A stretch of 64,000 bases of DNA. It comes from the human T2T-CHM13v2.0 reference genome, Homo sapiens. Made by a program: the position numbers and the translations under genes. The notes under the pieces were generated by a model, which worked only from the letters and a program-made list of their open reading frames with translations, did no database searches and was not told the DNA's origin. The stretch lies in the NCBI RefSeq assembly GCF_009914755.1, contig NC_060928.1, one strand, 5' to 3'. The stretch's first letter is position 1; every line of letters begins with the position of its first letter. Shown here in pieces: positions 12,717 through 27,398 of the stretch.

Positions 12717-13769
12717 TCATAATTTTTTATTCTTTCTTAGAATATTAACAGTTTGCATAACTCGTGATGGCCTGGTAACTCTAATTTATACACCAACCAT
12801 GGTTGAAGGCCAGCACATGCCAAGCCCATCTTTTCAATGTTCTTCAAAGTATAATTTTATAGATCATAGAAGGTGGTACTAGGCAAGCCCTCTGTCTCCT
12901 CCCGACTCTTCAAAACATCCTCCTGCGAGGTTAGATCCTCTACTGGCATTTTACAAACACTGAAATTAAGCACACTTTGTAACTTCAAAAAGCACCACCT
13001 AAGAATTACTTAAAAAGCAAAAGAAAATGGCTGAACCCTTATCCTTCTCTCACCTCCCACAAATATACCAGAGTCAGCCTGCACCATCACTAGCCTTTTA
13101 GTCTTTCAAAACAAACAAAAAAAGAGAAGGAAAGAGACTCCTTTCTCCTCCTTGTCTTAAGCCTGTTAAACTGTAGCATATTTAGAATAAAGGATTTTGC
13201 ATTTTATGACCACCTAGTTTACTATAAAAGGGGAACGTCAACCATCTTTACCTAATTTCTAAGTTGCACATTGTCCAGGTTTAGCTGATGATTGGAGCAT
13301 ATTCATCCTTTCCCACATACTTGAATAGAAAAGGAAAAAATGTATTTGTCTCTTTGTTGTATTCTGAAATGCTTATTTGTAGTTGTTATGTTAGTACCAG
13401 TTTCCTAGGTCTGGACTGTTCTTATTTCCATAGTAACCACATAGCCTATAACTCCTTTAAAAGGTGATCTATTGTTTTTTTTTCTAGTAAATTAGAATTT
13501 CTTGCCTTTGTGCTCTGCTTTTTAAAAAATCCATGGTTTGGGATTGTGAGCAAGTAGAGAGATGAGAGGATGCCACACACACTGAATGAAATGTGTATTT
13601 AACCTGTAAGAAATATGTGTGAGTTCCCTTTGTGTTAGGTAGTTTTTCTCTAAGATTATTTTTTAATCTACTTGACATAATAAACTACATGTAACATCCA
13701 GATGTTCAGCATATTCAGTACAATGAACATTATCAATAATATGCGACATTCTGATGTCTACAACATGCC

Positions 13770-13975
13770 AGCTTTGTGCTGAATTATTCCTTTATATCAT
13801 CTACTTTAAAACAATTTTTTAGAACAACCCCATGGGGAAGATGCTATTATTATCCCCATTCTACAGATGAGGAAATAAAGATTGGAAAAGTTAGGAAATA
13901 AAGCCGGTATCAACTGATTATTGAGTGGTAGTGGTGGAAGTAGAATCCAGTCTGTCACTGAACCATGAAGCTACT
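13770..13975 (-). mobile_element. MIR
   Basis: 'attatccccattctacagatgaggaaa' core. Confidence 0.75.
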
Positions 13976-13984
13976 GTACCTCAC

Positions 13985-14160
13985 CATTCAGTAAGCATTG
14001 ATTGCAGGCAGGCTAGGGGCTGGGGCTGGAAAGACGAATGATACAGTGCCTTCCTTTAAGGAGCTCGGAGCTGAGTGAGGGAGATGGATACACAAACAGA
14101 TAACTGTTTCAGCCTGAAAATGTTCACAGGATGTTACCAGCATATAGAATGTCTGATGTA
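13985..14160 (-). mobile_element. L2 3' end fragment
   Basis: 'cattcagtaagcatt...ctaggggctggg...acagtgccttcctttaaggagctc'. Confidence 0.5.
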
Positions 14161-15055
14161 GAAACTGGATTGGGTGCCTTATAAATGACCCCGCTACAGG
14201 GCCCTCTCTCTTCAATTACTCAGGAACATGTCCAGCTTGGCCTCTGTGCTTCATGGAGGCTGCTCTGACCCTACAGAGGGATGGAAGCCAGGTAGGAGGG
14301 TGGTCTGATGCCTCCCCCTGCAAAGTTAAGGACCACAAATGCCAGGTTCAGATGAGGTTGCTATCCTCTGGGAACACCGATCTTCAGTCAAGATGCTTGG
14401 AGGAAGTGGATCAGGGTCTGTGATTCTTATGTGTACAGTATATAGAGATTACCAGCAATGGTCCTGGGTGGATTGGTGATGGCTATAGGAAAGTTCTCTT
14501 GGGTACAGGCAGCTCTGGAAACTCTCTAAGACCACAGAACAAATCCTGCATTTTTATAGATGGGGAAGATAAGACTTGTATTAGATAAGAGTTCCTTATA
14601 AAATGAAGGGAGCTTGTCTTGCTGGGCCAAGAGCATTTAAGCGTCAGAGAGGGATTTGAATCCACACAGCCTATGGACAGTTTCCATGCTCTTAATCAGA
14701 GACTGACAGCCTCTCATTGAAATATAGCTGGCCCATTTTGGGCTGGCACAGACTACAATTGAAGGTACAGGATTGTCTATTAAAGTCTTGAGGTTTCCTC
14801 TTTTCCCATTCAGCACTTTGCTCTCATTTGCATCTGTGTCTTTTCTGCATGTGACGTTATTGATGTTATCTGTCCCTCAAGTTCTTCCTGTCCTTTAACT
14901 TTCCCTCTGACTTCTGTCACCAATTTTTCCATCTCTTTCTATGTAAGTCTTTCCTAACCAAAGTTCTGTTAGTATACTTTATTAAATAATTCCTCTGTGA
15001 AAAAGACACCCCAAACTTCCAATTTCTTGGCCATATCCACTTCCCCATTTCCTCA

Positions 15056-15190
15056 CAGCCTTCAAGAGAAACCCACCCTACGCCCTCTTGATTTCAGACC
15101 TCTGGCCTCCAGAATGGTGAGACAACACAGTGCTATTGTTTAAGCCACTCAGTTCATCATACTTTGTTATAGCAGCCCTGGGAGAAAAAC
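15056..15190 (+). mobile_element. MLT1 LTR 3' fragment
   Basis: 'ttgatttcagacctctggcctccagaa...tttaagccac...tttgttatagcagccct'. Confidence 0.75.
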
Positions 15191-15767
15191 ATGCCTTTCA
15201 TTCAGCACAGATGCCATGGTCTGACATCATAGCCACCCCACAAATCCCATATCCACTTTTGTCATACTTGCCTGGCATTCCCTCCTGTAGCATCCTGGTG
15301 AGATCCATTTATTTGCATGCTCTGGGGCTGAACTTTTGCAACAGAACATCATGGGAAGGAAACACATCCCTGCAAACTGGTCTTGCTTACCTTGAGGTTG
15401 CCCAGGCTGGCTAACCTCAAGTGGGCCCTTGGTGTTGCCCAGCTACTATGCTACCTCTCCCTAGAGTCAGCTCTCTCTCCTGCCATCTGATATGATCATT
15501 ATAGCCCTTCTCTCTCTTCAACCTTTCGGCACTTCCTTCCCACCTTCCTGATCCAGTGATGACTCTGCTGCCCAGCTCATGGAGAAAATGGACGTAATTG
15601 GGAGAGAACTTCTGTGTGCTCCCCACCATGCACATCCACCCTCCCGTATCTGTATAAAGGTTTTCTGCTTTCTCTCTTGTTATTATGAGGAACCACCCAT
15701 GTCCTGTCTTCAGCCTGCTTCTTTCTCTTGCACCTGATCCCATCCCTCTTTGCCTATTCCAGACTAT

Positions 15768-15910
15768 TGTTGAAAAACTACCTATCAGGTTCCATGCACA
15801 GTACCTGAGTGATGAGATCGCTCATACCCCAAACCTCAGCGACACGCAAGTTACCCATGTGACAAACCTGCACATGCACCCTGAACCTAAAATAAACGTT
15901 GAAAAAAAAA
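15768..15910 (+). mobile_element. L1 3' end (older L1PA/L1PB type)
   Basis: 'gaaaaactacctat...ccccaaacctcagcgacacgcaa...acaaacctgcacatg...aaaataaa' followed by an A tail. Confidence 0.85.
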
Positions 15911-15953
15911 GAATATCATTTCAGAAATTTTCTCTGGGATTTTTCTCAACAGT

Positions 15954-16624
<671 letters not shown>

Positions 16625-17795
16625 TGATTCCTCATCTCCTTTCCTCTGCTCCTTTCCAGAAAGACCTTGAGCTTTCTGTGTTGGCTGTGTCCACTTCCTC
16701 TCCTCTCAGTTTTTCTTCCATCTCATTTTCAGATCTCTGAGTACTGGAGTGTCCCAGGGATTAGTCTTTGAACCTCTCCATTTCTTTTCCCATAATTACT
16801 TCCTATGTGAATTAATTTAGTCTCATGGCTTTAAACACTACTCATCAGCTAGCAACAGCTTAGTTCATCTCTCCCTTGCCCATTGGGTGTGTATACAACT
16901 GCTCACTCAAGACCTCTACTTGGAGGCCTAATTGCCAACTTCAACTTAATACGTCCCAGACTACCTTCTGATTTCCATTTCCCATCCCCCTAAGACCCCA
17001 AATTCTGCTCTCCTGCCATCTTCTGCATCTCTTAGATGGCTATGCCCTCTTTCTATTTGTCTACACAAAGACAGACAAAACAAAACAAAATAACTTTGGA
17101 GTTATCCTTGAATGCTCCCATTGTCTTATACTGGTCATCTAATCTATCAGCAAATCCTGTTGAATTATTTTACAAATATATCTAGAGTCTGACACTTACC
17201 ACCTCTACAACCACCACTCTGGTCTAATCCTCCACCATCTCTCATCAGCATTATTGCTATTGGCACCCAACACATTTCCCTGCTTCAGTCCTTGCCTTTA
17301 TTAGTCCTTCATTTTAGCCTCTGTATAGCAAGCAGAGTGAGCCTTTAGAAATATAAGTCAATCATATAACTGCTTGCCTTAGGTCTCTCCAACAGCTCTC
17401 TTTCTCGGTTAGAGTAAAAGCCAGAGTCCTTACTCTAGAAGGACTAGAAGAAGAAGTCAACAACTAGAATCTGCTCCTCCCTCCCCTGAATCCATTACCT
17501 CTGTGAACACATCACTTCCCTTACTTCATCCTCATTCACTCAGCACCAGCCATGCTGATTGCCCTGCAATTTCTTAAAGATATGAGCATGCTCCCACCTT
17601 GGGGCCCTTGTACCTGCTAACCCCTCTTTCTGGGACGCTTTCCCCATAAGGAGAGATAGTACTTGTACTGTGCTAACTGTGGGCCAAGTCTGTTCTAAGC
17701 GCTTTGCAGGTAAGAACATATTTGATCTGCATGTCTCATGCCTCGACTTCCTTCAGATCTTTGCTCAATGTTGCGAGAAATGCCCTCTCTGACTA

Positions 17796-17952
17796 CTATA
17801 TGTATATGTATATATATACACATATATATAAACTTATATATAGAATATATATAGAATATATAGCTTATATATTTACATATAGTTTATATATTTATAAACT
17901 ATATATTCTATATATGGTTTATATATGTTTATATATATGTGTATATGTATAC
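17796..17952. repeat. Degenerate (TA)n low-complexity tract
   Basis: Directly visible. Confidence 0.9.
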
Positions 17953-18764
17953 ATCTACCTCCCTCATCTCCCTATCCTCTTTACTGTGTGTTTTCCCCCA
18001 ATCCTGTCATCATCATTCATGAGATACATTTACTTGTTTATTTTCTTATATGTTTCCTTCACTGGAATTATTATACACTCATGAGGCAGGGCTTTTTTGG
18101 TTCTCTGCTTGTCAAATCACTGACTGACTGACTGAATTTTATACTTGGTACTATTGGCAAGCCTACCTGAAATCAGTAATGCATTATCAGGGTCTTACAG
18201 CTCTCTTCTGTGGCCCTAGCACTGTATGTGCCAGACAGGCTTTGCGGGAGTGTGCAGGGGATGAAAGTGAGTGTTTAAAAAACATTTAAGGCCCTCCTCT
18301 CAAAGACCTTTTGGTTAGGTTGATAGCACTGCTCAAATACATGTGACACAGTGATTTTTCTTTGTGGGGTTAGGAATGGAACTTGGGGAGCTTATATAGC
18401 CAGGCACAGCTTCTGTGAAGAAGAGAATTTTGAGCCAGTCTTTAAAGAATGGCCAAGGTTTAGTAGCAGCACAGTGTGAGATGGGACACAGAGTGGAGAG
18501 AAAGCCAGGGTTTTGTGAGAATATGTATGGAGATGTTTGCATGTATTCACATACACATGTAGCCACTATTTAGTCCTACTACAAACACAGAGAACACACA
18601 CACACACACATTTACAGAATGGAATGTTATTTTATTAAATGTTCTGTAACTTTCTAAAACTAATAATAAATTGACAGTACCTTTTTGAGACAAGTCACCT
18701 CCAATCTTATCGAATTTGCTTCTGCAACTATAAAACAGGCATAATAGTGCCTGTTTCCTCAGGT

Positions 18765-19280
<516 letters not shown>

Positions 19281-19459
19281 TTGTCACTAGGTGAGAATGA
19301 ACTATGATAATGAACTCACCGACCTATTACTAGGCAAAGATTAAGTATAAAGCCTGTGAAAAGTGATGCATAACATTACACAAATGTATGCTTGTGTATA
19401 TCTGTGAGGAGTTTCAAGCGAGTATGTGTAAGTGGGTGCATTTTTCATCCTTGCCACAG

Positions 19460-19740
19460 CATTGAATGGTGGTTAAAATGAATAGGCTCTTAGACATATA
19501 CTCTAGAATCTAATCCTGAATCCACTATGTACCAGCTGTGTATCCACTGGGAAATTACTCAATCTCTCTGTACCTAAATATCCTCATTTGTAAAGTGGGA
19601 TTAATAACAACAACCCCCATAATAATAATACCTCCTTTATTGGGTGGTTATGTGGCATAAATGCAATAGTATATATAAAGTGCTTTTCCCAGTGGCTTGG
19701 TGTAGTCAGCACTCAGTGAAGGTTAGCTGTTATTAGTAGC
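19460..19740 (+). mobile_element. MIR (near full length)
   Basis: 'gtggttaa...aatcctg...accagctgtgt...cctcatttgtaaagtggg'. Confidence 0.75.
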
Positions 19741-20402
19741 TCTTATTTGTGATGAGTCTATGTAACTGGGACCTTAATGTAGCAGTTCTATTAATCCCCC
19801 AAGTTTTACAGCATAGTCTGACCTTGTGTGTCCCTTTTGGCTAGTAAAGCGGTTGGTGAGAGGCTGAATAATAAGTCCCAGCCTTGGGTTGAGCTTATCC
19901 TGCCTCATAACATGCAAACACTTTATATTAATCTGAATTTTTCCCACCCCGGCTAATCATTACTTCTCAAAAATGCTGACCAAATCTGAAAATAATCTTC
20001 AGTTCTGTCATTAATTTAAAAAGTAATATTTTCCAGTGTGGCTAGCTTTCTCAAACCATTCTTCCAGTGAATTACATTCATAACTGTGGTGGGTATTCGT
20101 TTTTGTTAATCTTTTAAGAGTGAGTAATGACCATAGAGTGGAAATATTTTTCGTCTGTGAGTGGGAATGCAGTTAGAAATTCATCATGGCCTGATTAGAA
20201 TAGTAGAGATCCGTGAATGGGCATGATGAGGTTTGTTGTTGTTGCTATCTTTAAACAATTGTTGTGTTACCTAGTATGATGTCCAGATGCGTCATTGGCT
20301 GCATAGCCTCTCCAAGATGCTTCATTCGAAATAATGGTAACCTTTGTCTGCTAACTGGATTTCACTGGGTCTCTACTCTGAGACTGGTAAAAACCAAAGT
20401 GT

Positions 20403-20406
<4 letters not shown>

Positions 20407-20442
<36 letters not shown>
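20407..20442. repeat. (TG)18 microsatellite
   Basis: Directly visible. Confidence 0.97.
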
Positions 20443-20445
<3 letters not shown>

Positions 20446-21167
20446 ATGCTTAACAGATAATGAATCAATTCAAATCCAAAATATAATTTACAATTTGTAC
20501 CTACGATAGCTCTATCTCTATAGCTAAACATTCATACCTAATTAATCTTCTCTAGAAATGCATCTCTAGCCTGTGTGCTTTCTTTCGTATGCAAGCTATC
20601 TGCATATTGGAATATTAATTTGGGTTTCATTTCTATTGCTGTAGGGTTTTACTTTTATCCACGTAATGTAGCCAGGCATTTATGTTCCCATAGCTCAGGG
20701 GCCTTGGGGTTACAGGCTAAAAGGAGAAATTTCCAGTCACCCAAAAGGCAACCACCCACCTCATCACTGGTTTTTGAAAGCCTGGGTTCACCGAGAGGAT
20801 ATCTTTGGCTCTTCTGCTGGGGGGAGAGGGTGGACGATGGTACTTTAGGAGGCAGAGGTCATAGCAGGCACACTGCACGGAGGGTAGATTTTCTGAGAGG
20901 AGAGTGTGGATCGATTGGGTTGGAGGCTGTCTGTGTTTGTGCAGCAGCCTGTCTGTGGGGGCATGAGAGGCCTGACAATGGGGTAGTTTGTGCCCTTCAG
21001 CCTCAGTGGTGAGGCTCTCTGAGGTCGAGGCTATGGTCAGAGGAATGCCCGCTGAGGGGCAATCTCTGGGCTTCCTGGGAGCCAAGGCGCATCAGCTAGG
21101 GGAAGGAACAGTGGGAATGATGGCAACCCTAAAACTGACACCTTGCTCAGAGTTTGCTGGCACTAAG

Positions 21168-21223
21168 AGCACCCCATATTTGAGTATGATTCCTTAGCGC
21201 CCCATATTTGAGTGTGATTCTTT
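21168..21223. repeat. 28-bp tandem duplication
   Basis: agcaccccatatttgagtatgattcctt / agcgccccatatttgagtgtgattcttt (3 mismatches). Confidence 0.9.
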
Positions 21224-24200
21224 TGAGGGTGGGGAGGGATTCTTAATACTGAGCGCCCAGTTTGTCACTAGGCTCTTTGGGTAAGAGCTTAGAGCAGATT
21301 TAATTTGATTTAGAAAAACAAATGAATCGGAAATTTCCTGTAGTCAAGTGTTGTGGGAAAAAATCCATACTGACCATATTTATAAGCCTGTAAAAGGAAG
21401 GTAGTAAACAGTTAATTTAACCTAGAAGTTACCATGAAGTTTAGCAGCATGGCTTAACTGAAGCCTGTCCCAGTAAATGAAGACATGTCTGTTCCCCTCT
21501 CAGAGGGGATCTAGCCCATCTTTGTGTGATACTGTGCAGAATAGGAGAGCTCAGAAGACCATGAGGACACCTAGCTGTAACCTCTAAACCGGGAGGAACA
21601 GAGAAAGCATGCCATGTTTAAAGTGGCAGCAAGGGTGATGGGGGTACTTCTCAGGTGCATCTTGAAGCACTTGCTTTAAGAAACCTACTTCTTAATCCAA
21701 ACTCAGGAAGCAAACATCTGCTTTTGTTTCTGTATCTCACCAGAAAAAGATGGAAGTTTCATATTTGAATATAAAATGGAACATCCATTGGACAATATTG
21801 AAAACGACTTGCAGAAAAAGAGCTTAAGTAAAACAATAGATTTTTCCAACCATATCAGCCTCCATTTAAACCATGAGCAAACTCTGGTCAGAAATCTTTC
21901 ACTGCCAGGGTTTCTTGCTTTTGTGTGGCATGGACCTCTTTGGCAGTCGAGCAGACCCTTTTAGAACGATCTTTTAAAATGCATACGATAAACTACATAA
22001 ATTGAAAAAAAAAACAAGACATGTTGGAAGGGAATTATTGAAATATTAAGAAAAACAAACTTGTGCTATGTTAACATGTTTCTTCTTTGTTAAGGCATCC
22101 GATAACAATGTCTAGCAACAGGGCTGGCAATTACCATAATTTTGAAGTGTTGATCTCTTTACAAAGAGATGCCTGTGGGGAAATCCTCTAAGGCTAGAGA
22201 AACTTCAGGCTTTCTCTTGGAGCCTTTGGATTTGGCGACAAGCTCAGCCACTCTGGAGTCAGAACAAATGGAGGCAGTGATCCAGAACAAAAATGAAAAG
22301 AAATTTTAAAAGACCTCTGCCTGGGAGAAGGAAAGGGGGTCAAGGGTCAGGCTGCCAAAGAGAAAAGACCTATGCCTTCTGATTTATTCCCTTTTAGGAA
22401 GGGCTGGCCGTCTGCTGAAGTGATGGCAGTTTCTGAACCAGCACAAGCGGCAGCATCGGCAAGCTGAACTATCGCTTTCATAGGGATTTATCTTATAGAA
22501 GGAGAATTGAATGTTTCTTCATGTTCTTTTTGATGCTCCTTTGAGGAGAAGCCCTGTTTATTATTTTCTATGAAAACCAAGCCACATGGACTCAGGTATT
22601 TTTCCATAGCAGCAGTAGAATTCCATTGTTTACCTACAGAAACATATGACAAACTGCTCAGTAAGTTCTTCAAGTGATATCTTTCGGAGCAAGCACTAGG
22701 CTGAGATATTTGTCTGAGGGCGTTTCTCTACCCTGTAGCTTTCTCTCTCTCTCTTTCTCACTTACCCACCCACTTACACACAAAAACACATACTCACATG
22801 CTTTTCTGTTTGTTGTGCATAAATTCTATTATTTTTGTCTGTTACCCTTGAAATTCATGTTTTTAAGGAAGGTTAGGGAAAACAGTTTCATGAAACACTA
22901 ATATCAGATATTTAAAAATTATCAGTGCTATTTTAAAACAAAACAAAAGCACGACTACAAGGCAACCAATGGAGCTAAAGCTGAATTTAGCTTTAGAAAT
23001 GATTACAGGCTGAATTATATGCCATGTATACAGATTTGCTTCTAGATTTGGCAATCAAGAAGCCAAGTATAAATATATATACAAGTAGACTTCTCTCTTA
23101 TAAGATGACAGTAAATGTACACATGGACACAAGCATGAAAATCCTGTCGTATGTGTTATTATGGAAAAAAAGCATTTAAATGTCTGAGTAGTATGAGCTG
23201 GCGCCTGGCATAGAAGTAAAATAAAGGGTTTAGGTTTGGTTTAGATTCCAGGTAGCACCTCTGCTCCCGAATATTATGATCTGTACCGTGTTGCAGCACT
23301 TAAGCTGTTGATTCCAGGCAGTCTGGCATTAAGCATAAATAATATCACTGGATGCATTCAACAAACTTGTGACCAGAAGAGCCCCCTTCCAATAAAGACA
23401 TTGGAAGTGAATATATTGGCAGGGCTGCAGGAGCATCATCCTGAAGATACTCGGTAGTGCATTCAGGGTCTTTGGAAGGAGAGATAGGTACTTTTGGGCT
23501 GTTGGAGGTCCTTCCCTGTAGGGATACCCAATATCATGTCTCAGGGTTTGGGGTAACAATTCTCTCTTCTCTTCTAGAACACCCCATTTCAGATAAAATG
23601 TCAGCTTTAAGAAATCTGTTGTGGATGGGTCACTCAAGACATTTTATTTTGCCAAGAATAAATTGGTAGCCCACAAAGCTAACTTCATTTATTTGACTTT
23701 CAAATTCCCCATTCTCAAAATTAAGATTCTTGTAGTTCTTTAAGTCTGGAAATTCTATTTTTTTTCTGCTAATTGGGATTGTGGGACTAGAAGTCTCTTC
23801 CCTCTTTAATTTACCTTTCATTTTGGATATCTGGATATTTTAATTAGAAAAATGACTGTTCACTTTAACTGCAGGTCATACACTAGCCATTCAGTTGCAG
23901 ATAATCTAGTAGGAATCTGATCTTAAATCAACGTGCCTGTTTTTCCCCCTTTATGGGAAAATTTAGGTTAAGCTAGCTCATGCTTTTTCATAAGTAGACT
24001 CAATACAACTTTTAATAGGTATGTACAAATACACTTGCATCAATTACTTAAGGGTTAAATCTTCCTGGAAAATGAGATAATAGTAAACTAGAAGAAGAAT
24101 TTTGTTGATTGAACTTACTGTACAAACTACAACAAGAGGAAAAGAGAATTTTCTGATTGATAAAAAGGCACCCAGTACTGATAGATTTCCAAATAACATT

Positions 24201-24747
24201 TTTTCAGACATGATCTCAACCATATTAATCTTTCAGGGGCAGAATAAGTAGGTGACCAAGAATTATTTGCCACAGTTTAGAAATCACACCGCTGGGGCTG
24301 AGGTAGGAACTGCATGCCACCAAGCAGCCTAGGGCTCAGTGGTGCTCAAGATGGAATGCAAATTCCCCATCTTATATAGTGAGCAATGCCATTAGTCTGT
24401 TAGATTGTATGATGTAATTTCACTTGTTTAAAAAAGGCAGGACAGTCTTCTCAAGGAAAACCTTGCAGTTCACATTTGAGTGATTGCATAACCACTTCTT
24501 AGCAATGTGTACTCAGAGTCCTTCAGTTATGGACAATTTATTTTTTATTAAGTCACTTAGCAGTGATCCTGATAAAGTCATTATTCTAAGTATGTTATGG
24601 TGGTTATTTCAGACAGTTAAGCACCAGAAAAAAAAAAAAAGATTAATTCTGACACCGATGAAACTGGTCTTGTTCCATTTAACTGCTTATGTGTGCTGAG
24701 ACAGCCAGCTGGAGCCTGGATATGCTTCTGGGATACTTTCAGGCTTC

Positions 24748-24919
24748 TTTTTTTTTTTTTTTTTTTTTTTTTGAGATGGAGTCTTGCTCTGTCGCCCAGG
24801 CTGGAGTGCAATGGCGTGATCTCGGCTCACTGCAACCTCCGCCTCCGGGGTTCAAGTGATCCTCCTGCCTCAGTCTCCTGAGTAGTTGGGATTACAGGTG
24901 CCCACCACCACGCCCGGCT
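24748..24919 (-). mobile_element. Truncated Alu right monomer (AluS/Y) with T25 tail
   Basis: Pure poly-T followed by a CpG-rich Alu right arm; rearranged 5' junction. Confidence 0.95.
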
Positions 24920-25099
24920 TTTAGTAGCACCACGGTTTTTAGTAGCATACATTGAATAACTTACCTATTTTTCTATTTATTTTGTATACATTTTCCACTT
25001 TACAGCCACCTAAGTTACAGTTTTGGGAAATAAAGTGGGATGCTCATATTCAGGGCTTCTATAGCTTGTCTATTATTGTCTTTAAAACAGGTAAGATTT

Positions 25100-25600
25100 A
25101 CTTTCTTATCACAAAAGTGACCCTTAATCATTGTAGAAAATTTAGGATATTCAGAGCTAGAATTTTGGAGCATATATACATATATAGCTTTATATTCTAA
25201 AATAAATTTGAATCACACTATGCATACTATTTTTGAATGCTTTTTCATGAAAATATATTGTATTTTCCATATCTTTTAAGTAGTTCTCTATAGTATAGTT
25301 TCAAAGATTGCATAGTATTTTATTGTATGTATGCTGCATAATTTAGTCAGTACTCTCTTTTTAAACATTTAGGTAGATTCTAATTTTCAGCTGTGATAAA
25401 CAACACTCCGATGAACATATTTGTAGACAAATCTTTGAGTGCATTCATAGTGATTTCTTTAGAATAAGCTCCTAAAGGTAAAAGGATTGCGTTAGAGAAC
25501 ATCATTAAGTCTTTTTCATGTGTGTTGTCAAATTTCCCTCCTGAAAAGCTGTACCAAGTGACAACCTGCACCAGCCATCTCCTCCTTGCCTTCCCTTCAT
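25100..25600 (-). mobile_element. Old L1 (L1ME-like) 3' region
   Basis: 'tgcatagtattttattgtatg...acatttagg...ataaacaacact..gatgaacat' antisense L1M pattern; the minus ORF 25380-25571 resembles a decayed ORF2 C-terminus. Confidence 0.7.
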
Positions 25601-27362
25601 TTCACCTGCAACTGGTTTGCCGCTTCTCCCTTTTAGTTTGATGTTTCGTCACAAAATTGCAACCCCTAATTTTCAAGTGAAGTGATATATTTCCCCCTAT
25701 TTGTTATGCTTTTCCCTGAGTGCAGATATGTCCTCAAAACACTTTTCAACACAAATTTTAGATGTAAGAGGCTAACAATTAGAATTGTCCCACAAGAGGA
25801 AACCTATTTGCCATCGCTGCTTTATGGCTGTGAATGTGGCCATAACTGGGCTGAAATAAGACAGCAGGTGATTAGAGGCCAGTCAATCAATGGTATCATG
25901 TGTCACTGTCCACTGTTTAGGCTTGGATATGTTTCAGGGCAGGACAGGGCTGAGCAGGGGGCCAACTGTAGTGGTTTTGTGTGTACTAAGCAATCACCTT
26001 CTTATACAAAGATGGGCGAGGGCTCTTGCTTGTGGGCTTCATTTCAGATTCAAAGCTAGGCTATTGCACAGGGATCTGAAGGAGGAAGAGGAAAAACTAG
26101 ACAAATTCCTCAGGGATTAGGTGGCCTAAGAGGGCTTCGCAATGGAAGCTTCCCACTTTGTTAGCTAGTAGAACACGTACCCACTCCTAAAACGGCAGTT
26201 ATTTTTAAAATCCAGGTTAAGCTGCTGTATCCTTTTCCTGTGTCTGAGTTTTCTGCTGAAATTTGTCCAGCGGTATTATGGAGGAGCTACTGAAGGGAGC
26301 CCCAGCTGCTTCTGGATGTGAGGGGTCAGCTCTGGGCACAAGGCAAAGGTTATCGGTTCAGGATCAGACATGAGCCCTGAATGAGCCTCCCCTGTAGGTG
26401 CTGTCTGCCCCTAGGCTGCTTGCTAGGCTAATGGCCCAGAGAACCTGAGCTTTCAAGCTCTGCACCAAACGTACCCTAGGAGACCTGGCTTCTCTGGCCA
26501 GGCCTGAACATTGGAAAGCAGGAAGTGGGATGTGAGGGCCGGCTTGTGACGTAGACCAAAATCAAACCACTTTGAAAATCAATTTTTAACTGCCTTAGCT
26601 CCCACTTTGTAAAGCATTTCTCAACAGCGTTCTCTTTGTTGCGACAATGAAATGTTTCTTCTGCCAACATTTTAAAACCCTTTTAATTTTAATGGATTGC
26701 TTTATTTTTCCAAAAAAACTGTGTATGCACAATAATTCAGAAAAAAAAAGCTCTTGAACTTTTGTCAGCTAGATTTCTGGCAGGCTTATAGAAGCTTCTT
26801 CTTCTTCTTTTTTTGTAGTTGCAAAATAGTCTAGGAAGCAGAGAATGTCTTTATTCCTAATTCAGATATTCTTGTTGAGAGAAAACATGGTTTCTCAGAG
26901 AAGCTTTTATCTTCCTACCTTCCTATTAACTCTGCTGTGAATGGGGCTCAACCTCGGTGCTGGCAGAGCCCAGCCTGTGCTGTGGCGGATTCTGCCCCTT
27001 CCCTGCCGTGCTCTCCTTCCCCTTCTCTTCCCTGCCCTGTCTTCACCCTTCTCCATGGCTCTTTTCTCTTCAGTTCTCACTGGTTCTGCTGCCTTTCATT
27101 GTGATTTGTTGTGGCTCTTGATAGTTTTAAAACTGAGTCATTGAAAGCAAGCATCTAGCGTGTTTTCTGGGACTTCGTGTGTGTATAATAACAACTTAGT
27201 GTCATATGTGTGTCGTCTCCCTTATTTACTCAATTATATGAACCAATAACTGAAACATGAGAAAGAAGCAAATTTCGTGTCTGACTGTTGCCTCATATTG
27301 GAATCCTCCTGCCTCTTCAAAATGAAACAAGGAAGGCTTTAAGAGGAGAAGTTTCACAGGAA

Positions 27363-27363
<1 letters not shown>

Positions 27364-27393
<30 letters not shown>
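27364..27393. repeat. (TG)15 microsatellite at the Alu tail
   Basis: Directly visible. Confidence 0.95.

Positions 27394-27396
<3 letters not shown>

Positions 27397-27398
<2 letters not shown>

Noticed and set aside
20575-21197. Overlapping 145/122/69-aa ORFs in a G-richer patch
   Set aside because: No recognisable homology or convincing splice boundaries; locally lower AT content explains the fewer stops.
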